A stretch of DNA of 59,079 nt from Hydrurus foetidus (taxonomy: Eukaryota): assembly GCA_900617105.1 (NCBI GenBank), contig UYFQ01000566.1, positions 1 to 59,079 of the forward strand, in the 5' to 3' direction. The notes beneath the pieces are model-generated. The model ran no database searches, was not told the DNA's origin, and worked only from the letters and a program-made list of their open reading frames with translations. Positions within the stretch are counted from its first letter, which is position 1. The number at the start of each line of letters is the position of its first letter. Made by a program: the position numbers and the translations under genes. Shown here one piece after another: positions 42,089-54,700 of the stretch.

Positions 42089-44126
42089 ATGTCTATTCTC
42101 GGTTACGAGACGTCATGGTTTGATTCAGTATCAGGTCTCTCAAAGAAACTTTTCTTCAAGTATTTTCTTATTGACAACACAATTGAAATTCTGGACGACA
42201 AAGGAGCATTTTTGAAAAGAATTTACTTTCCTAGCATCACTCTCAATGATTTGTACGTCGGAAACACAATCACAGTTTACAGCCGAATACTCCTTATAAA
42301 AAGTTATGCGAATACCGCAACCGCAAAATATATGGGCGAAAGAGAAGTACATTTTATAACCATTGTGACTCAATCAGAATCATGCAATTTGGGCGATTTC
42401 TTGTCTGTATGTGCCTCATTCGACTTGAACATCGGTAAAATTAGAACCACTTCGAGAGGTTTCAGCACTTTTGGTTTTGACGTTCCTCCGAACTGTTTCG
42501 TTCTTGAAACTGTCGCTTTGAAAGGAGTTGATATTGAAGAGTTTCTAACGTCAAGCTCAAGAGTTCTTCCCAATTCATTAATTATGGCTATATCAGGCGA
42601 CAAAATAGTGGTGAGAATTTTTGTATTCTTTCTCAGCTACACACCTACATCTTCTTCTGTTTTCAATTCTGATCGCGAGGCTCTTTGTAAATTCAAGATG
42701 ACCAACTTTGCCACGCAATTAATATTTGACTGAATTGAATGACTGCATACCTGAATACTCCTTATCCTGATCAATTGTCAGTTTTGATTTTTTGATTTGT
42801 CTATTCATTGTTTTTTTATTGTAGGAAATAATGAAATTGTGTGTCCCCTTGGATGTGCCGGAAAATTGCACACTTTGTCTTGTGAAACCACATGTCTTAA
42901 AAGGTACCCATTAATCTGCAGCAGATTAAGAAATTGGTAGACGTCTCAAGCTAAGTTATTCGAATAGAATTGCTGCCGTGGGCACTGAAAAAATATATTT
43001 GATTTTTTTTTGAAACTTGCATCTTTCATAGACTTTACACATACTACACACGGTAAATCCGTTACTCTTTATACCAGTGAATTCACCTTATATAACTGCT
43101 TATTATAACGGAGTTTCCTTGTGCGTTGTGTGTTCTGTATTCTGTATTTAAATTCACATGAAACTATCATTTTAGTACAGTGCAGAATCGGGGATGCACT
43201 TGAAAAAATTATTTATTGCAGCAGCCATTAAAATGCACCCATTTCAGTAAATAATATTGCATTCTATGCTGTGTCTCGATCAAGTAAGATTATTTGCTAT
43301 CGGATAGATTAATATGAAGCGTTCACTAAATTTTATGCACTGTGTTTTATAAGTATCTCTTTTCTTTTTATACTGAAAAATGCAAATTCAGCAAAAGCAT
43401 GTGGGGATTTAATAAATACGATAATAAAAAACGGATTTGAAATCGGTGGATTAATGACGATGCATTTTACACCTGATATCGGAGACGAAATTATGGATGT
43501 GTATTCCAATATTTACTCTTCTTACTCGAGCATGTTGGATCACCTGTGCTCTTCTCCACTCATGGCGATCATGGTGATCGGTAACTCAGGTAAGACCACC
43601 TTTTTACTTTGTTTCTTGCGTTCTTAACAGCTCATAGCCTGTTCACTTCAAATGTGAGTACTGTTGCACTTCAATGTCATGGTGTTCCACCACCACTTCA
43701 CTTTCTACTTTTGTCGCTTATGATGCATAGTGCGTATGTAAGCGGATTGATTTACATTCTGGAACATCAGCAATATTTACATTCTGGAATATCAGCAATA
43801 CGCTCTCGCTTTTCATTTCATATCTGACTCAAAAATTCGATCCCTATTTCCGCTTCATTTCATTTTCATACTTCTTATTTTTTCTTTTCATTTCTAATTT
43901 TTCATTTTACTTCTTTTTGTTTATTTTTTAAGATGTCGTATCTCGGTTCCGAGTTCTCACCGGCCCTCTATCTCCCGAACTAGCACGTACGTTACGTCCC
44001 CACTCATTACGCGGTAAGTACGGACTTGATAACGTACGGAACGCAGTGCACTGTACGGACAGACAGGAAGACGGATCCATGGAGTGCATTTATCTTTTTC
44101 AAACACTGGCTGAGTTAACTATGTGA
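42089..44126 (+). CDS. NME7: Nucleoside diphosphate kinase 7-like (DM10 domain + NDK domain; flagellar/basal body)
   Basis: N-terminal WFD...YFLIDNTIEI...FLKR...DLYVGNTITVYSR (DM10-like), CTLCLVKPH, and GPLSPELARTLRPHSLRGKYG...NAVHCTD. Exons ~42089-42610, 42824-42903, 43391-43589, 43933-44126. Confidence 0.85.
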
Positions 44127-45426
44127 ATTGAGTTAGATAGAATATTTTAATTCCTTTATTTTGGAATTTCAAAAATCAGCAAAAAAAAGTTGGAAAAGGA
44201 AGCTATCATTTCTTTTTCTTTTTGCATCATTATGTATCATCGCAAAATGGTGCAGCTTTTTTATGGAATAGTTTTCGTAAAGATATTTTGAATAAAATAA
44301 ATTTTTGCAAAATGAATAAATTGCTTTTCTAGAAGTACTCACTAAATATTTTTGCCTCTATGATTTATTTTTAATGCGTTCAAAGGACATTGACTGACCA
44401 AAGATAGACAGAATGCCGGGTTTTTTTCGATGAGTTTCTTTGTAAATGCTGCCAGATATGAGTACGATCATTACTGGAGTGTGTCTATTTGCCTTCGCCA
44501 ATGACGTACATGAAATGGATTATACCAATACATGTATAAAGAACACTCGAAATGCACACGACAAAAAGAATTTATCAATTTCAGAAGCAGTAGAGGACAA
44601 GATGACTTTTATGAAAATAAATGGTGGCGATGCTTTATTATGATCTCTACACAAAAAAAGTGGAAAAAATGTAATGCGAAGGAGTGGCAGTCGATATTGA
44701 CGATTTTGATTTTATTCTTCACTTCTTTAGAACTCTAAGATCGATCCTTCATATATCTCCCGACAGTACCGGTTTATATCTACTTTTTTATTTTATTTTA
44801 TTTTTGACATTACTGGTTTACATCGTACTGATGCTTCTTGTGCTTGTCTACTTTAAATTTTCGTTAACTTTGAATTTTTATCATTGATCATTATGCCTTT
44901 TCGAAATAGCGCTTCAGTGGAAGATTCATTCTTCGTTTTCGATAATCTTAAAAAGCACCATCTAATTTTCTCATCTAGACCAAATGATTGATTTTATCCT
45001 CTGTAATACTACACTTTTCGGAACAGTGGGTACTTAATGATTAGCCTGATTGCATCTCTTTAGATGATAAAGTTCCTAGGTATTTCTTTGAGTACATTTT
45101 TAGTGATAATTTTATATTCGATCTAACAGGTTCAACACAGAATACAGATTTTTCTAATTTCGGTTTTCTATTTACACACCCACACGGTGGGGCGCAGAAG
45201 TCGAAGTCCCACCATTTTTTCACTCCGCCAATTTTTCACTGCGAGAGATGAGAGATGGTCTGCTGGCTATTTGGTCACTGTATACCGAGATATTATGCAC
45301 CTTCAACGACCACAACTTCTTGAGAAACGTGGAATATTCTTTCGTTCTGTAGGCATTGCAATGAATGGTCGTTACTTTGAGGAGTAGGCAGCTTTAATTT
45401 TTAAGCGTTGTAAATAATTGCAAGAG

Positions 45427-48400
45427 ATGCAGTCTCCAACAGTAGGCCCTCCCTCCAGCAGTCAGACTGACGAGAGCCCAACTTCGATTCTCAACCCAAG
45501 TGCAAATAGCGGCTCTGCATCGACTCTAGATAATCAAAAGGGCCGCACGATTGACGATATCTTTGATGCTATAGGTAAAGATATTTCGTTCTTCACAGTC
45601 CTGCTCAATAGACGACCAGACATACTTAACTTTGTTGTTGCGTTCCGCAATCTGCGATGACGCTCTACTTCATTTCCTGACTATCGGCTACGAAGAAAAC
45701 GAGTACCAATTGTTTACCTTTTCAGTTGCGGTGATGGTGATATTGAATTTCCTTCAAATTATTAAAGATTTCTTACATCAATATTGTAGGTTTTGGCTGG
45801 TTCCAAATCAGACTGTTGTGGATTGTTGGGGTTTCCTTCTCGTGCGATGTGATTGAGATTACACTTTTGGTGTTCATTCAAGGCTGCGTCACGGACGAAT
45901 GGAACTTATCTTCGTCCACGGAGAGTTTACTTACATCAGCCGTCTTCGCAGGTAAAACATATAGAACAATTTTTTCATACGTCAGTAGCATTGCATGTGT
46001 TCGCAGCGGTTCAAGAGAAACTCTAGCTATTATCAATTGCCGTAAAAGTGAATGCAGGGCCATGTAGTAAATTAAAAAAAGGAGAACTATCTAACTTGAG
46101 ACTTTGAATCACATGACTTCTTCTTCATCTCCTTTAAGTCATGGAATGTTCCTCAGTGCCCTAAGCTTTGCATTCATTCCTGACAACCTCCTGCAAGATC
46201 CCTCGTATGATTTTTGATAACTTCAAACATGTAATTCAGGTGAAATTCTTGGAATGTTGGTTATGGGTCCATTTGCCGACAGTTACGGTCGCAAAGCAAG
46301 CATCCTCTTAGGATGGTTCCTAATTATCGTGTTCGGCTTAATCTCATGCGTCAGTCCGAACATATTCTACCTGGTTCTCACAAGAATGTTGGTTGGAGTT
46401 GGGATAGGATCCTCACAATCGGTAGCTTATGATTATTTCGCTGAAACCGTTCCTACAAAAGATCGCAACAAAATAGGGTATATTTCATTTTTCAGCGTGT
46501 CAGGATCACTGTTCGTTATTTTATCCGGTTTTCTTCTGTTGAGTACGTATGGGTGGAGATGGATGACGTTCGCATGCACAATGCCTATGACGTTTGTTGC
46601 CATCGCAGGATTTTTCTACCTCACAGAATCTTCTAGATGGTTGGCAAGTCAGGGAAGATATTTAGAAGCTGAGATCCTATTAAATAGTGTCGCTGTAATT
46701 AACGGGAAAGAAGAGGAGATCGGTGATATCATAATACTACAAAACAAAGACATGGAAAAAACATGCTGTACGTACGCAGACCTTCTGGAGGAGCCGTTCC
46801 TCGGACAAACACTTCTGCTTTGGGCTGTGTGGCTGTGTGCGTACTTCGCGCACTATTGCATATTCATCATATTTGTGACGTACTTCTCCACTGGGAATTG
46901 TTCGTTTAAATTCCAATATTTGGCATTAGGTAGCGGATTACAATTATTTGGTATTTTGTCCGCTACCCAAGCGATGAATTATATCGGACGCATCAATTCC
47001 GTGATTTTGTATTTCGCTCTAGCTGGTGTCTTCATGCTGATATACGGATTCGTGGCAGCGGTGAGCGGCCCGTCAGATGCGGCTATTTCCATGCTCTTTC
47101 TGGCACAAATATGCACCACAAGCGGCACGTCTGTCATGTGGGTGCTAACTGTGGAACTATTTCCCACCGAGGTACTACTAATTTTAATCATCTTCAAACG
47201 CTTTTTGCGACTAATCGTGTACCAAACTTTCTTTCTGACTATCATTTATCCATAGCAATTCCCTCCTGTTAATCCATCTTATAATTTTTAATTCGTAAGA
47301 TATTTAATTCTGCCTTTTTTTCGTAAATCACGACTGATCACTATCAGAGTCTCTCTACATTGCACTCAGAGGGACTACTCTCGCATTGACAACTTCTACA
47401 GATTTTAATTGTCATGCATGATGCTCGTTTCATTTCCTCTTTGTCATAATATTTCGTTTATTCATTTCCTCTACTGACTGAATCCAAAGTTTTCAATTGT
47501 TAACTGAGTACTATATCTAACGCCAACTCAATTATGGATTGCTTTTTACGCTTTGTTTTGTTTTTTCTGTTTTGTTTGTTGCAGTTGAGAGCGACTGGAC
47601 ATTCTTCATGTTGTATCATCGGGAGAATAGGAGCATGTAAGTACACATCGAACGTACAAAATTTATTAAAATCTTATCACACGTCCACTTTTTTTCTTTT
47701 TTCATTTGGCATACGCTACGTTGATCTGCTTTTATTAACTAGTCTAGTTAAGTGAAGGTGTCTTGGTCACAACCACAATCAGACAGGGCATGAAATTCTG
47801 AAAAATCGGACATATGTTTTTCTTTTTTCCGTCTCTCTCTTTATCGACATCATTCAAAGCAACCTCGTCCCTTTATTTTAAATCTGATACATCTCATTCA
47901 TTCCTTTGTCTTCTTTCCTCATTTCCTGTCCAGTAAATATTCTCATTACAATTTCTCCACTGTCTTTCACTGACGACCTCATTTTGCATCCTCTTTCCTC
48001 TCTTTCCTCTAACTTCACCGTTCAAATGATAAAATCGATGGTTAACCTTATGGCAATATCATAACATCACCACTCCAAACAGTTGCTGCTGTATACTGGA
48101 TCGATGACTACTCAATTCTTCCTGGGAACACTTTGGCTGGGTCCTTCCTGTATATTTCTACCGCAATAGCCACGGCGTTCTTGATCTCTTTTCTACCGGT
48201 AATTAAAAGTCAATTATTATTCGTGTTTTTCTGATGCTATTTACAGTTTCAACTTCTTAACGTGAATAAAAGCATTTAGATCCATATTTGATGCTTGTAA
48301 ACGATACGCTGTGACGGAAATGGATTCTCTTTTTTCCGTAATAGACCTCATCATTCTTGAAGGAATTGTCAGGGTCAGAAACTAATACTAAATATTTCGT

Positions 48401-48556
48401 CTTTCGAAATTCTAGGAAACCACGGGCGTGAAATTAGATCAGATCTCTCCCCAAAACAACTCTAGTGTTGTGAGAAGCGATGAGGATACTCCAGTAAGTC
48501 TTGAAAAAGGTGCAGAGCATCAAAGCTTACTGGGAAAAATGAACAAAATAATTTAA
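45427..48556 (+). CDS. MFS transporter, SV2/SVOP-like (sugar transporter clan)
   Basis: IDDIFDAI|GFGWFQ, GPFADSYGRK, RMLVGVGIG, YGWRW, TESSRWL, YIGR, ELFPTE|LRATG and FLP|ETTG. Six exons with multiple hydrophobic TM segments. Confidence 0.88.
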
Positions 48557-49046
48557 TTCATCCAACATATAAGAACACTAAAAAGAAGTAACTTATTTTA
48601 TATGAGTGGGTTTTCTTCATATTTAATGGATTTGTATTCTTTGTCAGTTTTCGAAGTGACATTTATTTAATTTGACATTTTCCCTGCTATGTTAGTCATT
48701 CATTGTTTTCATTCATTTAACGCTTTGGTCCACAAATGTAGAACTAAAAAAAGGTGAGAAAAGGAAGAGATTATTGCATGAAATAGATGACGATGATGTT
48801 CAGTGCATTTTGATTTTGTAATTTATCATTTATATTTGTCACTAACGTTTCTATTGTGAGAGCTGAAGAACTTTGAAAGCTTTTGTAATTTATCGAAACT
48901 GCTACTTCATTAATACATACGATCTGTCCTTATGACACAGAGACATCCCCTCTCCAATTACCCTCACTCAATCATCGTGATGAGCAGAGGAAAAAAATCA
49001 AGCGTTATTTATCAAGGAACGAAAACAATTAAACAAGAAAAAGCTC

Positions 49047-49747
49047 TTATCGTGACAAACAGGACCAACACAGATCCAAGGGCGATCTCGGATAGTGGTT
49101 ATGTCCGTGCGGACCCGGCCCGAAATCTCCTCTACCGTGATGATGCCCTGGCCCTCTCCCGTGCCCATGGCCAATTCCATGATGTCCGTATGCGCCTGGA
49201 CCGCCTCCCAGACTGCCGAGAGCGTAACCGACAGCACCTCCTAATCCCATGGCACCCATGGCTCCCATTCCACCCTGATGATGGTTATTTTGATCGTAAT
49301 AGCGTCCATCATTCTGATTCCACTGATCCCCGTTGTGTCTGATGCATGACAATTGGTGAAGCACGTGAGATAGCAAAATATCAGGAAAGAAAAATAGTGA
49401 GGAAAGGAGAGTGTCGGAAACGAACCCGTTATGCTCATCATCTCTCATAGGATGACCAATATGATTTTCGCCCGGCATATTTCCACGGTAAGTTTCCCAA
49501 CCATTTTGTTGATGATTATGCCATTGCGGCGCTCCCCTTGATTCCTCGCCGAAACCACCCCTGAAATCATCTTCCATACCCCCTCTACTCCCTCTGCCTG
49601 CATGACCACCTCTCCCTCCCCTACCTTCAGGACCTGCATGACCTGCATGTTTATTTCCAGGTAGAAAACTCGAGGTTAAATTGACGACCCCTTAAATTTC
49701 ATACTTTACGATCGAAGATTACCACCGCGTCCTGGACCTCCATGCAT
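49047..49747 (-). CDS. Gly/His/Arg-rich low-complexity protein of unknown function
   Basis: MHGGPGRG|GHAGPEGRGGRGGHAGRGSRGGMEDDFRGG...HN|...GGMGAMGAMGLGGAVGYALGSLGGGPGAYGHHGIGHGHGRG. Two plausible GT-AG introns and GC-rich coding-like composition. Confidence 0.6.
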
Positions 49748-50709
49748 GGTTTGAGCCTCTAGACAGACTGAATCTGTCTCGTTCCTACAGCTTTTGTCCG
49801 TTTCCTGTGCGGTGCCTTGCAAAAATGTGAGTTGAATGTGCATCGCTTTGCCTGAATTTGACCGACGCATCCCTATGGCATGAAAATAAGAAACGCCATT
49901 ATTTGGGTTTGTTTCATTTTTCATTTTCATGTCTTCTCCTTGAATTCATCTCCAGACACTATCCCGTATCCCCGGACGGGCCGGCTGAGGGGGGAGGGAG
50001 TCAAAGGATTGAAGTTCCAGGTTCTCACTTTAGTAATACCTACGCTACTATGCATGCTGCGATTTGTTTGATGATTTTATTTAAAGGTGGTGTTACACTA
50101 GCTGGTCATTTCTGTCGAAGCGTATTGAATTCAAGGATTTTACTAGAACATTTATTCTTGTTATTTACGCCCTCTCCATGCCTCGCAAATCCTCGTCACT
50201 TTTTGCATTGACCGCAGTCATTCTGGTAAGTTTTAATACACTGTATACTGTCGATGACATCAGCATATGGCCTATGTGATGGTTTATGCGTGTACGTGCC
50301 TCAATGCCTATTTCGACAGTGGATGGAATCATCTCTAGAGAATGTTCTCCGATGAAGCAAATTATTTGCACTTTGACAATTGATGCAGGAGACGGGAATG
50401 CACAAACCAAAAAATGCGGATGGTCGAAAGTGACCTGAGTAGTGTATTCCTTCTTTTGTTACGGTGCCAGTCACATCATAGCTCGAAGAAGTCTCTTCAG
50501 ACAGAAAAAAATTCGGATGTTCCTTAGTTCGTGATTGATATTAATTTTAAAAGAAATACCGAAATCATCCCGTTGTAGGAGTTATCATTAACATCTGCAT
50601 CTAAATACAATTCACTGTCTTGCCGTTATGGAGCAGTGCTTAAGATCAGATTTGATTCAAAACATCGAGATTCGGTTGAAGTAATTTCGACGGTTTTTCT
50701 CCTCGACTT

Positions 50710-51539
50710 TTAGATCTGTAGTAGTGGGTAGAAATGTGAAGGAATTTATCAGTGACGATTGGTCGTTTGTAAACAAAGATGGAAAAAATTAAATCATTGC
50801 TAAGCTAGTAAACAATAGTAAGTGATTCAGATAGAAAATATCGTCAGCTCCGTGGATAAGACAGGTAGTGACAAAACTTGGTAATCATCATTATCACGGC
50901 AGTGCCTCAATGTAAGTAGAATTCAGATAGAAAATATCGTCAGCTCCGTGGATAAGACAGGTAGTGACAAAACTTGGTAATCATCATTATCAATATCGAA
51001 ACAGGAAGCTCATTCAATTGTGATGTCGTAAGATAAAATGATCGTAGACTCCAGATATGAGGCATGGAAGTGGCCAAAAAATACCGCAAGTACTGCTATT
51101 ATTCAGGGTTACGAACCTCGTCGAAGTCGAAACCCATGTCCTCTTCCTGTCCCTCTCCGCCGTCCATTGCCATATCAATGGCAGTTTGATTGATTCTTGC
51201 GGTGGCAGGCAGCTCGCCGTAACTTTGTAAATTTCTCGCTTCATCAGCAGTATATTTTCCGATGACGTCGGCCTTGTCTTCCTGAAACTCTCTAAGACCT
51301 ATCAAGACAATATCTCCAGTATTGATCCAAACACGCCGCCTCATTGTTCCTCTAATTAAGCCGGTTCTAGCGACACCATCGTAGCATTGAAGTGCCAAGC
51401 GGCCATCGCCAAGCATTTTAAGCACTTGAGCATATTCCTGTCCATCTTCTTTGAAGATTAGGTCACGTCTGGTTTCACCTTCATCCCTCTTCTTTCCCTT
51501 CTTGAAATTCTTACCACCCTTTCCCTTGTTTTTCGGCAT
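50710..51539 (-). CDS. EIF1A: Translation initiation factor eIF1A
   Basis: [11 protein letters not shown]...[20 protein letters not shown]...[18 protein letters not shown]...[10 protein letters not shown]. Exon 51539-51117, intron 51116-50716 (GTTCGT...CTACAG) and a last coding exon ATC TAA at 50715-50710 give the C-terminus FDFDEI. The unspliced reading ends at 51099. Confidence 0.93.
50822..50897 (-). ncRNA. Box C/D snoRNA candidate, copy A
   Basis: GTGAT-A-ATGATGA (box C)...TTTTGTCACTACCT (antisense to the conserved 18S AGGUAGUGACAA)...CTGACGA (C'-like)...CTGA (box D)-ATCAC. GTGAT/ATCAC forms a terminal stem. It is on the same strand as eIF1A. Confidence 0.8.
50921..50992 (-). ncRNA. Box C/D snoRNA candidate, copy B
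   Basis: 72 nt identical to 50825-50896, with the same C, C' and D boxes and guide. The terminal stem is weaker. Confidence 0.75.
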
Positions 51540-51768
51540 TCCTCCTTGTCTGGTTGATTACAGCAGGGTCGAGGTTTGTATCAGGAATGGAGGAACTTTC
51601 TACTACACTTCAGCGATCAGCAACGCTTTTGGGATCATTAGAATTCGAATTAAAAGTAGGCGCTGAAGTGAAAACAGAGAATGTGTGGACTGTGGACAAC
51701 ACAAAAAACAAAAACCGGTCCAAAAGTCCAAGGTCAGACGAATGGCAAGGTCAGATCTGGTCGAGGTA

Positions 51769-54700
51769 ACGTAGAGTCCGGGTATCTCATAACCGGTTTC
51801 TCATTATTTGGGTTCAGGACCGTCAGTGGTAGTCCGGCACTACCGTCGAGTGCCCTATGTTTTATTTTTTAGGTGGACATAAGGAACCCATTTTTCACTG
51901 AGAATCACGTGCACCGGAACGGGTAATCTGGGCGGATTTACGGTAAGATAAGGATTCGAATTGTCACTTATCGGACACATCTCAATTTAAGCCTGCGGCA
52001 TCAATTCTCCACAGAGTTGGACGCTCAGCGGCTTCAGTTGCAAGTTGTCGACCATCGTCGACAACCTCTGCTAATTTTCAGAGAATTCAAGGACGTCGTT
52101 GGTGAGTTATCAAATTGGGGCCGATCCCATCAAACTGCCATTTTTTTTCTGGTCAGATTCTGTAGTAATCCTGCTCGTAGCCTCACGTCCTTCAAGAGAA
52201 AGATCCTAAATGATATGCTATGCAACAATTAAACGTTCGTCACCAATAATGAACCCAGAATTAATCGCCGTTTATGAACTCGCCACCATTTTATTTGACA
52301 GTGGAATCTTCATTTTGCGAGATCTCCCCAAGCGAAGACTGCTCCGAATGGAGTTTTGATTCGATTTCCTTTCTGACAATGGTAAGCCTCGAGCATTTCA
52401 TCCCTGGATGGGTGCTTAATATGCAGTAGAAGTTGATTTCGACGTAGCGAATATTTTGGTACTGAAATTGTCATTTTGCGATGACCGAACTCGCAACAAA
52501 AACGATTGATTTTCCTCACGATCTCTCGCACACATGATCTGCAGGTATCAAAGATGCTCGAACCGGAAGGAATTTGTAAGCAGATTCTTTCTTGATTACT
52601 TGGAGGAAGTTTTAGTCGTCCATGTGGTGAATTTCATCCCACCATGGATATCTGTCTGGTCAATGGAGTCTTCGATGGACGACAGTGAGATGCAGATAAA
52701 ATCGCGGCAGGTTAAGCATTTTAAACATTGTTTTGTTCTATTGATTATACTTCACGTCAAATGCATAGTACTCCTCCTGTGTATCATCAATTAATCTACG
52801 TAGTGATTATTCACGGTTATAATGTCCTGATTTACGACTATCCATGACATGTTACCGAATTGTAGTAATGCCACTGCTCAACTTGACTACTGTGATTAAT
52901 TGATGGCGATATCGATCGAATTTTGTACACTGTTTGACTGCCGTTGCTTTCTATATTCGCTCAGTCACGGTGACTAATTAATGCCGTACTATAATTAAAT
53001 ATGACTATGTAGCCTGCGGGACCGATCAATTTGTCTTCCTCCATCAGAACTTTTTCAAGAAAATTGTCCTCTGTAAGCTCCTTCGTGCTGTCTTAAATCA
53101 TTAGAGCTGCAGAGGATACAGCAATTGCAGTATTCATGTATTTAAAATGATCAAAATGAGTAGAAAATATTGAATTAAAGTGTTCAGTGAAATTAATGAG
53201 ACGGTTCCGAGATGTTAAATAATTCATTTTCTCTTTCGCACAGCTTCTCAATGTCGCTTGTGAAAACGCGGTATACGTCTAAACCCTCGACTCTTTCTGA
53301 GTGGCTAAGTACTTCGGAGGGCACGATTGACTCTCGATCCATATTTGAACAAATGACGGGTAAGACAATGTTACTCAGTAATACTGTTCTCTGCAATAGT
53401 TTCCCACTATTATTTCTTATGTAATCAGCTGTTCCTTCTGGCCTGATTGATTGTCCACTACCTGTATCAGTTACATTCTTAAGCATATCTACGACTACAG
53501 TAACATCTCCACGTTTGTACTTGACCCCCATTCTCTGACATTTCTTTTCTAATACTTCGGGTAGTGCAGTAACCATAGCAAGTCCTCTTCCTTTTATACC
53601 AACAATGATCTTTACGCCGCTGACTATTGTCCCCCCCATACTTAGGAATTTTTTATACTCCGCGATTCGGGCATCTAAAGGCGGTTCGATTCGAAGTCCA
53701 GTATTGAGCACTATTTTCAACCGAAGATCGCCCATGTCCGCCATGTACCTAAGATAGGTAATTAAAGCAACAAAAAGTGACTAGACAAAAGAAATGTAAC
53801 AAAATAGAAAATGATATAGCAGCATAAAAAACAAAAGTAAGAATGAGAAGTACCACAGTTAGAAGCGTGATTAACATCAATATTGATAAGAATCGAAACC
53901 TGCAGTTCTTGTAGTCATCTGGCTTTATTGCTCCCCTACAATTGTCACAACTACAAAAACCATCTCTGAGATAAACTGTTTGTGGAGTGTTTACTTCCCC
54001 CGATTCATTTGTATTACGAAATGCAATCATGTTATAACAGGACTGAATTCCTTGTACTGAACTACTTTCATAATTTTGTGTGTCTTTATCAGTGACTAAG
54101 ATATTATGGTCAGCGTAATCTCCCTCCTCCATATCTGATTTATCTGTGACGTACACCCTAATATGCTTGTCAATTTCATGTGTTAATCTATTAGGATCGT
54201 TGAGAGGTCGCGGTGTCATCTCGGGTTGAGATAATAGTAAGCTCATGTAGCTGCGCGTCGTCGGGTAACGACCTGTTTCAGCAAGTTCGCTTTGCCGAAT
54301 GATCTTCTTGTCCAAGTTACCAACACCGTCATGCTCTCCCTTAAAGGTGGCTGTGGGGGGGTAGACCGCCATCGCCCAGTCCAAATTGTACGTACGTACA
54401 ATATTGCCGAGCTGAATAGCATTAAATCTATTTTTGAATTGAGTAGGGGCCCCATCAGTCATCTGAATGACTTTATCAAAAGGTATCGATTCTGCTTTCA
54501 CATCATTTAAAACTCTCATGACACACTCTCTGTAAAAGTGATTATCCGATTTTAGTTTTGATATTCCTTGCTGAGTCCAAAATGAATATGCCTTAGTCAT
54601 CAAAACCCCATCTGATAAATGAGAAAGTAATATGATAAGCTGAATAGAATGGAGTTGCACTGTTTGGTTGAGTTGATCTTGAGAATGTCCATCTAGAATT

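Noticed and set aside
50740..50805. Possible third snoRNA in the eIF1A intron (ATGATTT...CTGA on the minus strand)
   Set aside because: Box C is poor, there is no terminal stem and I recognised no rRNA complement.
50825..50992. Direct repeats with a spacer considered as a CRISPR-like array
   Set aside because: There are only two 72-bp units, the context is eukaryotic and there are no cas genes. Tandem C/D snoRNAs explain it better.
51700..51766. Weak inverted similarity (ACCGGTCCAAAAGTCCAAG vs the reverse complement of ~58205-58226) suggesting the Sola-like element extends further out
   Set aside because: It is short, gapped and offset differently from the perfect TIR at each end, with no TSD. 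It cannot be distinguished from chance without other copies.
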